Shown piece after piece: positions 8,453-16,325 of a DNA stretch of 61,411 nucleotides. Both the position numbers and the translations under genes were made by a program. The stretch lies in contig JBBIVB010000002.1 in the NCBI GenBank assembly GCA_037439965.1, positions 1 to 61,411 of the forward strand. Direction: 5' to 3'. The number at the start of each line of letters is the position of its first letter. Positions within the stretch are counted from its first letter, which is position 1. This stretch comes from Candidatus Veblenbacteria bacterium. GTDB taxonomy: Bacteria > Patescibacteriota > Patescibacteriia > Veblenbacterales > UBA10138. A model generated the notes under the pieces. That model did no database searches. It was not told the origin of the DNA and saw only the letters and a program-made list of their open reading frames with translations.

Positions 8453-8878
8453 ATGGATTTTGATATGCACCTTATTTTCTTTAGAAAATATTATTTAGCT
8501 GTTCCAATTAGTTTATTAGTTTTTGGTTTATTTTTGTTAAGCCAACCTAGCTTGGTATTAGCGCAATCACCAGGTGATTTTGGATTGAAAACTACAGCTC
8601 AAACTGCTGGATTATCTATTAGCTCTACAAATCCAATTAAAATAGTAGGAAATATTATTAATTATTTGCTTGGTTTCTTAGGAGTAATTTTTTTAGGCTT
8701 AATAATTTATGCCGGATTCTTATGGATGACTGCTTCAGGCAACAGCGAACAAGTGCAGAAAGCTAAAGAATTAATAGGTAACGCAGTTGTTGGTTTAATA
8801 ATTATTTTGGCCGCCTTTGCTATTTCAACCTTTGTTTTTAGTAATCTAAAGATAGCTACTGGCGGAGCTGGTATTTAG
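8453..8878 (+). CDS. TrbC/VirB2-like pilin paralog
   Basis: LIIYAGFLWMTASGNSEQVQKAKELIGNAVVGLIIILAAFAIS. An N-terminal hydrophobic signal is present. Confidence 0.7.
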   Translation: MDFDMHLIFFRKYYLAVPISLLVFGLFLLSQPSLVLAQSPGDFGLKTTAQTAGLSISSTNPIKIVGNIINYLLGFLGVIFLGLIIYAGFLWMTASGNSEQVQKAKELIGNAVVGLIIILAAFAISTFVFSNLKIATGGAGI

Positions 8879-9271
8879 ATGATAAATAAAAATACAACAT
8901 ATTTATTACTCACTTGGCTATTTAGCATCGCTATTGTTTTTTGTTTATTATCCACCCCAGTTATAGCCGCTGTCTGCTCGGATGATATTGGTTTGTGTCA
9001 AGCTGCTGGTTGGGTAATACCAACAGGCGTGCCTACCCCCGTAGCTATTCTGGGTGCAATTATTAGATTAATTTTAGGTATAGTAGGAGTAATATTTTTT
9101 ATAATGATTTTATATGCTGGATATAATTGGATGACTGCAGCCGGCAATGAGGAAAAAATTAGGAGTGCTAAAATAATCATAGCTCACGCTACTATAGCTT
9201 TAGCGATTATTTTAGGTTCTTATGTTGCTGTGAATTTTGTTTTAACCAATTTACAGCAATCGATGCGATAA
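8879..9271 (+). CDS. TrbC/VirB2-like pilin paralog
   Basis: MILYAGYNWMTAAGNEEKIRSAKIIIAHATIALAIILGSYVAV. The ATG directly follows the TAG of the upstream gene. Confidence 0.7.
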   Translation: MINKNTTYLLLTWLFSIAIVFCLLSTPVIAAVCSDDIGLCQAAGWVIPTGVPTPVAILGAIIRLILGIVGVIFFIMILYAGYNWMTAAGNEEKIRSAKIIIAHATIALAIILGSYVAVNFVLTNLQQSMR

Positions 9272-9358
9272 TTTTTTAGCCACAATAACTTAGAAAAGCT
9301 GAAAGTTGAATTTGTTATAAATCACCATTATTATAATTATTAATACATTATAAACTTT

Positions 9359-10321
9359 ATGAGAATTCTTATCACCGGAATATTAGGTTTTGTTGGTAGC
9401 CATTTAGCTGAGTATTGTTTAGCTAAAGGGGATGTTGTTATAGGAACCATGAAAACACCAAATGATAAATTTGATAATCTTTTGCCACAAATTAGAAACC
9501 AGGTTGCCATACTGGAGTGTGAATTAACCGATTATAAAAACGTTCTAGATGTAATTAAAGAAACAAATCCTGACATTATTTTTCATTTAGCAGCACAAAG
9601 TTTTGTTCCTACCAGCTGGAAAAGCCCCTCGGAAACTATTGTTAACAATGCTGTTTCACAAATAAATATTCTGGAAGCTGTTAGAAAACTTAATCTAAAT
9701 CCAGTGATTCATGTAGCTTGTAGCAGCGAAGAATATGGTTTGGTTAAAGAAAATGAGTTACCTATTAAGGAAACAAACCCCTTACGTCCCCTTTCACCTT
9801 ATGCTGTAAGTAAAGTAACCCAAGAAATGTTGGCTTATCAATATCATCAAAATTATGGTTTACGCATTGTGATTACTCGTGCCTTTAATCACGAAGGTCC
9901 GCGGAGGGGAACGCAGTTTGTAACCGCAGATTTTGCTAAACAACTGGCTGATTTACCAGCTGCTGGCGGTGATATTATTGTTGGAAATCTAGATTCTTTT
10001 AGAGATTATACTGATGTAAGAGATGTGGTGCGCGCTTATTATGAAGCAACAACGAATAAAAACATTAAATATGGTGAACCTTACAATATTTGTTCTGGTC
10101 AAACTTGGCAAATTCGCAGAGTATTAGAAGTGCTTATTAAGATAAGCGGCAAAAAGGTAAATATTATACAGGATCCTAAACGCTTACGCCCATCGGATGT
10201 TCAACGCCTACAGGGTGATTTTTCTAAATTTCACTTAGCTACCGGCTGGCAGCCCAGTATTGATTTTAATAAAACACTTCAAGATATCTATCAATACTTT
10301 GTGGATAAGAAATTAGCCTAG
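9359..10321 (+). CDS. NAD-dependent sugar-nucleotide epimerase/dehydratase (GDP-mannose dehydratase / Rmd-like SDR)
   Basis: Rossmann motif ITGILGFVGSHL and catalytic YAVSK (YxxxK). The C-terminal LRPSDV...ATGWQP is typical of extended SDRs. Confidence 0.7.
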   Translation: MRILITGILGFVGSHLAEYCLAKGDVVIGTMKTPNDKFDNLLPQIRNQVAILECELTDYKNVLDVIKETNPDIIFHLAAQSFVPTSWKSPSETIVNNAVSQINILEAVRKLNLNPVIHVACSSEEYGLVKENELPIKETNPLRPLSPYAVSKVTQEMLAYQYHQNYGLRIVITRAFNHEGPRRGTQFVTADFAKQLADLPAAGGDIIVGNLDSFRDYTDVRDVVRAYYEATTNKNIKYGEPYNICSGQTWQIRRVLEVLIKISGKKVNIIQDPKRLRPSDVQRLQGDFSKFHLATGWQPSIDFNKTLQDIYQYFVDKKLA

Positions 10322-10403
10322 TAAATGTAAATAATACTTATAATTCCACTTATAATCCTAAGTTATAGTTTGGTTATTTTATAATATTTATCTAGAATTT
10401 TAA

Positions 10404-11114
10404 TTAATTCCTGAAATTACGCCGTAATCTTATTAGGGTATAAAAAAATTCAATAATATCTCTCAAGGATAGTTTTGACCGTCCTTGTTTTCTATCTACA
10501 AAAGTAGTTGGCACTTCTACAATTTTTAAATTAGCCTTTTCACTTAGATAAGCTAATTCTTCTAGCCAGGCATAGCCAGAACTTTTAACTTGCTGCCAGG
10601 GAATGGTAGCTAAGGCTTTTTTAGAGTAGAGGCGAAAACCAGCTGTTATATCTTTAGTTTTTAATCCCAAAATTAATCGTGCCGCAATCATAGCCAACCA
10701 GCTGGTTAAATGGCGATACCATGGCCAGCCATTAATTTTTCCACCTTTTATTCTTCTTGAGCCAATAACAACATCAGCTCCTTGTTCCAGCGCTTTAAAC
10801 AACTTTGGTAAATCTTCTGGCTGATGAGACAAATCAGCATCCATTTCACCTACTGCTTCAGCGCCTTGACTTTGCGCCCAAGCAAAACCAGCGCGATATG
10901 CCTCCCCTAAACCTTGTTTATCTTTTCTTTGTAAAAGATTTAGCCAAGGATATTTTTTTTGAAGTTCTATAACTAAAGCAGCTGTTCCATCGAGCGAGGA
11001 ATCGTCAACTATTAGTACTTGGCAATCAGATGTCATTACTTTATCTAATCGTGCCATTAGTTCTAATAAATTATCAGCCTCGTTGTAAGTTGGAATCACT
11101 ATTATGATTTTCAT
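10404..11114 (-). CDS. polyprenol-phosphate mannose synthase (GT2, Dpm1/Ppm1-like)
   Basis: IVIPTYNEADNL, LIVDDSSLDGT, GLGEAYRAGF and MDADLSHQPEDLPKL all match the Dpm1-type GT2 pattern. Confidence 0.8.
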   Translation of the reverse strand: MKIIIVIPTYNEADNLLELMARLDKVMTSDCQVLIVDDSSLDGTAALVIELQKKYPWLNLLQRKDKQGLGEAYRAGFAWAQSQGAEAVGEMDADLSHQPEDLPKLFKALEQGADVVIGSRRIKGGKINGWPWYRHLTSWLAMIAARLILGLKTKDITAGFRLYSKKALATIPWQQVKSSGYAWLEELAYLSEKANLKIVEVPTTFVDRKQGRSKLSLRDIIEFFYTLIRLRRNFRN

Positions 11115-12414
11115 AAATAGATGGATTGAATTTTAGTAAATTAAATTTACAGGTAAGATAAATTAAATAACCAACCATTATTACCAACAAACTAGTTCTT
11201 ATTAGCGTTAAACTATTATAAGGCAGCGTTTTATAAATGTATATTTTAAAACTACCAAGCAATGGCCATAATAAATAATTTAGTAAATCGTAGGGTATAA
11301 TAATATTACCTAAATAGTAATTAGGAACAACAGTAATGATTGTTGGTAAGAACCATAAAATCCATTGCGGTGAATAAAATTTATTAAAGAGGATAAACAA
11401 TAAAATAATTAAATTGAACAAGATGATTATACCGTTGGTATTTACCACCCATCTTTTTTTGGATATTAGTCCATAGATTATTACTAGAGGTATGGCCAAT
11501 TGTATTAGTAGAAAAATTAAGTTTGTCACCCAAGGGTAGTAAAAACCTAAATGATAAAGAGCCCTTAAAGGACTGCCAACAGTAGGTTCTCTGAAAATAT
11601 GTGCTAGATAAGGTCCTAGAGTGGGGATAATTCCCGTCCAAGTAGCACATGATATTAAAGGTATAAATAAAGTTAAGGCGGTGATGGTAATCAGAGGAGA
11701 TAATTTTTGTTGATTATTTTTGGCAACCAATAAATATAAAGGCAAAAGTAATATTGGATAAACCTTTGTTAGAATAGCTAACGTTAAAGTAAAAAAACTT
11801 AGCTTATAATATTTATTTAATAAAAATATTAAAGACCAAATAGTTATAGTTGTTGGTAAAATATCATAGCGATTAAAGGTGAAGAAGATGAATGAAGGTA
11901 GGATGATTAGCCATAAAATACGCCGTTGATTTTGTTGATTTATTTTTAATAATAATCTGGTACCTAATAATAAAGACAGTAAACACAGAGCATTACTAGT
12001 AAACATTAACCAACGATAAGTTTCAAAATTATTAGCAAAGAATGATGGTATAGTAAAGTAAGTCAGGGCTAATTGCGGATATTCTACTGGTGGTATAAAA
12101 ACTTGCCAGGAATTATCTTTGAAAGTAAAAAATGATCCATAATAAGGCTTAATTCCTTGACGCCACCAGTTAGCTTCGCGCCAATATACCGCCATATCCC
12201 AATCCTCAATGATTAAGGGGATGCCTTTGTCGCCAGCTTGACCATTTAAAAAAGGAAAATGTTTTGGCAATAAGGAAGCCAATAAGAAAAATAAGCTAGT
12301 GACAATTAACCACCAGATTACAGTTTGTTTAATTTCGTGGTGATTTAATTTAGTTGGAGTGGAATTATGGTTTTGTTCGAGCGGAGCAGTTAATTTTAAA
12401 GGAAGATCGGACAT
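11074..12414 (-). CDS. polytopic GT-C-type membrane glycosyltransferase candidate
   Basis: More than 10 TM segments. It sits immediately upstream of, and overlaps, the polyprenol-P-mannose synthase gene. No soluble domain is present. Confidence 0.4.
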   Translation of the reverse strand: MSDLPLKLTAPLEQNHNSTPTKLNHHEIKQTVIWWLIVTSLFFLLASLLPKHFPFLNGQAGDKGIPLIIEDWDMAVYWREANWWRQGIKPYYGSFFTFKDNSWQVFIPPVEYPQLALTYFTIPSFFANNFETYRWLMFTSNALCLLSLLLGTRLLLKINQQNQRRILWLIILPSFIFFTFNRYDILPTTITIWSLIFLLNKYYKLSFFTLTLAILTKVYPILLLPLYLLVAKNNQQKLSPLITITALTLFIPLISCATWTGIIPTLGPYLAHIFREPTVGSPLRALYHLGFYYPWVTNLIFLLIQLAIPLVIIYGLISKKRWVVNTNGIIILFNLIILLFILFNKFYSPQWILWFLPTIITVVPNYYLGNIIIPYDLLNYLLWPLLGSFKIYIYKTLPYNSLTLIRTSLLVIMVGYLIYLTCKFNLLKFNPSIYENHNSDSNLQRG

Positions 12415-12439
12415 AATATTTATTAAATTATGTTTTTTG

Positions 12440-14023
12440 TTATTTAATAGAAAATATTATTGCTGAATCATCTTGATATACTTCACTAAATCTAGTATCA
12501 CGATTAAGGTAGCGTAGCATATCAGGTCGTCTGGTTTCTAATAACAGCCAATCTGCTCGAAAAATATCTTTAGCCACGTAGTAAATATCCGGCCGTTTTC
12601 CTTTAGTGGCATTTACCCAAGCCCAGTATTTATCCTGATCATATTCATACATAAATGTTTGGTCTAAACCCGTGAGATAATAATTATGCAAATTATTATA
12701 AAATAACAAAGGGAAAGTTCCCCAATCAGATTGGAAAACAATACTATGTAAATTAGTGTTTTGGGCAAGCCAATTACTAGCAGCAGATAAATGTGAGATA
12801 GGAAAAGCTTGGCGTAAACCCGTATAAGCTGTCATCGGTCCGCGGCTTAAACCCAAAGGTATGGTGGCTACCAAGAAGAAAAACATAAAACCAGCAAAAG
12901 TTTTTCCTTTCAAAACTTGGGGTAGCCAAGATTTAAACTCCTGCCAGAAAATTTTTATATTTTCTTTAAGGGAAGCATCTCTTAATATTAAAGCCGTTGA
13001 TATTACTAGCCAGGGAACCAGGTATTCAATTTGTCTTCTGGCCCTGGTTGCATAAATAAAGAAAATAAAGGTAATAAGTAAAGCAGTAATAGTTTCCTTG
13101 CTTTGTTTTTTGATAGTCTTAAAGAATAGAACAAACGCCGCGACCAATATTAATAACAAAACAGCAATTTTTTCAATTAAATCAGGAAAGGCGTAAGGAT
13201 ACCATTCGGCGCCAATGCCTATAATTTTAGAGTAATTAATTAAAGCCATACTAAAGAGCTGTTTTAAATAAAGCAGATTAGTAGGAAAATAAGGATTGAT
13301 TATTAGGCCGCTAGTTATGCCAGCGATTGCCGATAGCCATAAGTTGGTATAAGGGGGCGCTATTAGTATTTTTAAATAATTTTTAACAAAATTTTTAAAT
13401 TTCAAACCTGCCAAATTCGTTATTTTTATAAAATCGTACCAGCTGGATACTAAAGTATAAGCAAATAACATTAAAAGTATGGTAGGCCAGGCAGCGTAAA
13501 ACCAAACAAATAACCAACTGTAGATAAATAGCCATCCCTTGCGTTTGGTAATAATTAAATAAAAACCCAAGATAGATAGGCCGATTGATAAAGAAGGCGC
13601 TTTAACTAGACTTAAACGGAAAAGTAGGGTAGCGTTGGTTAATAGTAATAGTAACCAAAAGTAAAGCCAGGAGGTTTTTAATTTGTGCAATAACCAAATT
13701 ATTATTAGAATAGAAAAACTAGCAAAGAAAATAGTCGCTAATTTGGCCCCCACTAGGGGATTGCCTAAACTTACGAACGGGATTAAGATGAGATGATATA
13801 AAAAATGGTAGTCAATAAAAAATACTTTATATAACGCATCTTGGGTCCAAGGAAATTCCCGCAAAATACCATAATCACGCATCATTAAACTAAGTTTGGT
13901 ATGGTAAAAAGAGTCCGGATCAGCTAAAGTCGGGCTGCTTTGCAGCCAGGTAAAAATAGTTAAGGTGATGATTATAGCCAGAAAGATATTCCATCGCTTG
14001 CTTAAAGGGAGTGCTAGTTTCAT
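12440..14023 (-). CDS. polytopic GT-C-type glycosyltransferase candidate (STT3/PMT/ArnT-like)
   Basis: The first loop carries ADPDSFYHTKL, which resembles the DxD/DPxFxY loop of STT3-type transferases. There are more than 10 TM segments and a C-terminal soluble domain. Confidence 0.4.
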   Translation of the reverse strand: MKLALPLSKRWNIFLAIIITLTIFTWLQSSPTLADPDSFYHTKLSLMMRDYGILREFPWTQDALYKVFFIDYHFLYHLILIPFVSLGNPLVGAKLATIFFASFSILIIIWLLHKLKTSWLYFWLLLLLTNATLLFRLSLVKAPSLSIGLSILGFYLIITKRKGWLFIYSWLFVWFYAAWPTILLMLFAYTLVSSWYDFIKITNLAGLKFKNFVKNYLKILIAPPYTNLWLSAIAGITSGLIINPYFPTNLLYLKQLFSMALINYSKIIGIGAEWYPYAFPDLIEKIAVLLLILVAAFVLFFKTIKKQSKETITALLITFIFFIYATRARRQIEYLVPWLVISTALILRDASLKENIKIFWQEFKSWLPQVLKGKTFAGFMFFFLVATIPLGLSRGPMTAYTGLRQAFPISHLSAASNWLAQNTNLHSIVFQSDWGTFPLLFYNNLHNYYLTGLDQTFMYEYDQDKYWAWVNATKGKRPDIYYVAKDIFRADWLLLETRRPDMLRYLNRDTRFSEVYQDDSAIIFSIK

Positions 14024-14082
14024 AGAGGTTTTCTTTTAAGTATAACAGTATTCTTACTTTTTATTTAATTTAACTAAAAATC

Positions 14083-14091
14083 TGTTATAAT
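14083..14091 (+). promoter_or_regulatory. extended -10 element TGTTATAAT
   Basis: Located 43 nt upstream of the yebC start. I saw no good -35. Confidence 0.45.
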
Positions 14092-14133
14092 TTATTTAGA
14101 TATTAAGATTAAAGATTTGGGATTTTTCTATTT

Positions 14134-14856
14134 ATGTCCGGTCATTCTAAATGGTCAACTATTAAAAGTCAAAAAGGTGTAGCCGATGCTAAAAAAGGTA
14201 AACTTTTTACTAAATTAGGTCAAGCTATAACTTTGGCTGCGCGTCAGGGTGGCGGGGATCCTGCTAGCAATTCCAGTTTACGTTTAGCTATTGATAAAGC
14301 TAAACAATTTAATATGCCTAAAGATAATATTGAACGGGCTATTGCTCGTGGAATAGGCGTAGGAGGGGCTGTTAATTTAGAAGAAATTGTATATGAAGCT
14401 TATGGTCCCGGTGGAGTAGCTTTTATTATTAGTTGTATAACAGATAATCGTAATCGCACTGCTTCAGAAGTAAAGCATATTCTAACTAAATATGGTGGTC
14501 GGTTAGCAGAAAGTAATAGCGTGCGTTGGCAATTTAAAGCTAAAGCGGTAATTCAATTAGCTGCGCCACAAGGACAGGAACGCGAGAGTTTGGAATTAGG
14601 ATTAATTGAATTAGGTATTGATGATTTAAGAGAAGAGGGTGGGCAGTTGATTATTTATACACCACCATCAGATTTAGAAAGAATAAAACAATTCATTGAA
14701 AGCCGAGGATTTCCTATTGTTTATACGGCAATAGAGTTAGTATCAGATAATCCAATAGATATTTCTGATGGAACGATCCAAAGACAATTAGATCAGCTTA
14801 AAGAAGAGTTAGATAATTTAGATGAAGTAGATAATATTTTTACTAATGAAAAGTAA
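14134..14856 (+). CDS. yebC: YebC/PmpR-family transcriptional regulator
   Basis: MSGHSKWSTIKSQKGVADAKKGKLFTKL is the family signature N-terminus. Confidence 0.9.
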   Translation: MSGHSKWSTIKSQKGVADAKKGKLFTKLGQAITLAARQGGGDPASNSSLRLAIDKAKQFNMPKDNIERAIARGIGVGGAVNLEEIVYEAYGPGGVAFIISCITDNRNRTASEVKHILTKYGGRLAESNSVRWQFKAKAVIQLAAPQGQERESLELGLIELGIDDLREEGGQLIIYTPPSDLERIKQFIESRGFPIVYTAIELVSDNPIDISDGTIQRQLDQLKEELDNLDEVDNIFTNEK

Positions 14857-15349
14857 TAATTTTAAAATTTTAGGTTTAGATCCGGGTTTTGGTAGAATTG
14901 GTTACGCGGTGATTTTAAGTCAAGCAAATAAATTGGAATTAATTAATTTTGGTTGTTGGGAAACAGATAAAAAATTGTCTTTGCCGGATAGATTAAAACA
15001 ATTAGCTGATTTTTTAGATAATTTGTTATTAAAAAAGAAGCCCGATTTAGTGGCTATGGAAAAATTATTTTTTGCCGCCAATACTAAAACCGCCTTGGAA
15101 GTAGGTGAAGCCAGAGGAGTAATGCTGGCCGCCGTGGCTAGATTAAATCTACCAATAGCTGAGTATACCCCAGCTCAAGTAAAGTTAGCGGTTACCGGTG
15201 ATGGCCGGGCTGATAAAAAGCAGATTCAAAAAATGCTCAAGTTAATTTTTAAATCAATTGATAATATTAAATCAGATGATGCGGCTGATGCGGTGGCGGT
15301 AGCTGTTTGTGCGGCTTTAACTAAACAATTATTCTCTACCGCCAAGTAG
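14846..15349 (+). CDS. ruvC: crossover junction endodeoxyribonuclease RuvC
   Basis: ILGLDPGFGRIGYAVI at the N-terminus, with size and position next to yebC as is common. Confidence 0.85.
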   Translation: MKSNNFKILGLDPGFGRIGYAVILSQANKLELINFGCWETDKKLSLPDRLKQLADFLDNLLLKKKPDLVAMEKLFFAANTKTALEVGEARGVMLAAVARLNLPIAEYTPAQVKLAVTGDGRADKKQIQKMLKLIFKSIDNIKSDDAADAVAVAVCAALTKQLFSTAK

Positions 15350-15378
15350 GCTGTTTTATGTTAAACTAAAGTTAGCTT

Positions 15379-16323
15379 ATGCCAAAGGTAGCTAAATCAG
15401 AAATTCGTAAAGATTATATACAAAATAAGTATGTAATCATTACTCCTCATCGTGATTTTCGCCCTCATTATTTAGACCAGATAAATTATGAGCCAGAGTT
15501 AACTAAAATCCCTGCTTACGATAAAGACTGTCCTTTTTGCTCAATTAATTTAAGGCGAGCTAAAAAAATTATTGGCAGTAAAAAGTCTTGGCAACTAGCG
15601 GTTTTGCCAAATAAATATCCTGCCGTTAGTCTTACTAATCCCAAAGCCTATGGGCAGCAGGAAGTAGTGATAGAAACCCCTTTACACAATGTTCATCTAG
15701 AAGATTTAGCAACCGATAGAATTGTTAAGATTTTAGAAGTTTATGCAGAACGGACTAAAGTATTAATGAAAAATCCCAAATTAGAATATATTTTAATTTT
15801 TAAAAACAATGGCGGCCGAGCTGGCGCTTCTTTACTGCATGCCCATTCCCAGATTTTTGCCACTAGTTTTCTCCCGCCGCATTTAGCTGATAAATCGCAA
15901 AGAGTGCAAGAATATAAATTACGTACCGGTCGCTGTGTTTATTGTGATGTCATAAAAAAAGAAGAAGCAGGCCCTCGTTTGGTATTTGCTGATAAATGGA
16001 TAGTAGCCTTTACTCCTTATGCTTCTATGTATAATTACGAACTTTGGTTAATACCACGCAGGCATTTAGATAACATAACTAATTTAAAACCAGCCGAAAG
16101 AGTGTCGTTGGCTAAGATTTTACAGAGGGCTTTAACTAAAATTTCCCATCAACTTAAATTGCCGTATAATTATTATTTTCATCAAGTGGTTCATGATGAG
16201 GATCAACATTTGTATTTAAAAATTACGCCGCGTGGTACAACTTGGGCTGGTGTAGAAATAGGTTCTGGTTTAATAATTAATCCTATTTCTCCAGAAAGTG
16301 CAGCAAAATTTTATCGCCAATAA
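15379..16323 (+). CDS. galT: galactose-1-phosphate uridylyltransferase family (HIT-like GalT)
   Basis: Zinc site CPFC and the active-site motif HAHSQIF (HxHxQ). Confidence 0.75.
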   Translation: MPKVAKSEIRKDYIQNKYVIITPHRDFRPHYLDQINYEPELTKIPAYDKDCPFCSINLRRAKKIIGSKKSWQLAVLPNKYPAVSLTNPKAYGQQEVVIETPLHNVHLEDLATDRIVKILEVYAERTKVLMKNPKLEYILIFKNNGGRAGASLLHAHSQIFATSFLPPHLADKSQRVQEYKLRTGRCVYCDVIKKEEAGPRLVFADKWIVAFTPYASMYNYELWLIPRRHLDNITNLKPAERVSLAKILQRALTKISHQLKLPYNYYFHQVVHDEDQHLYLKITPRGTTWAGVEIGSGLIINPISPESAAKFYRQ

Positions 16324-16325
16324 TT

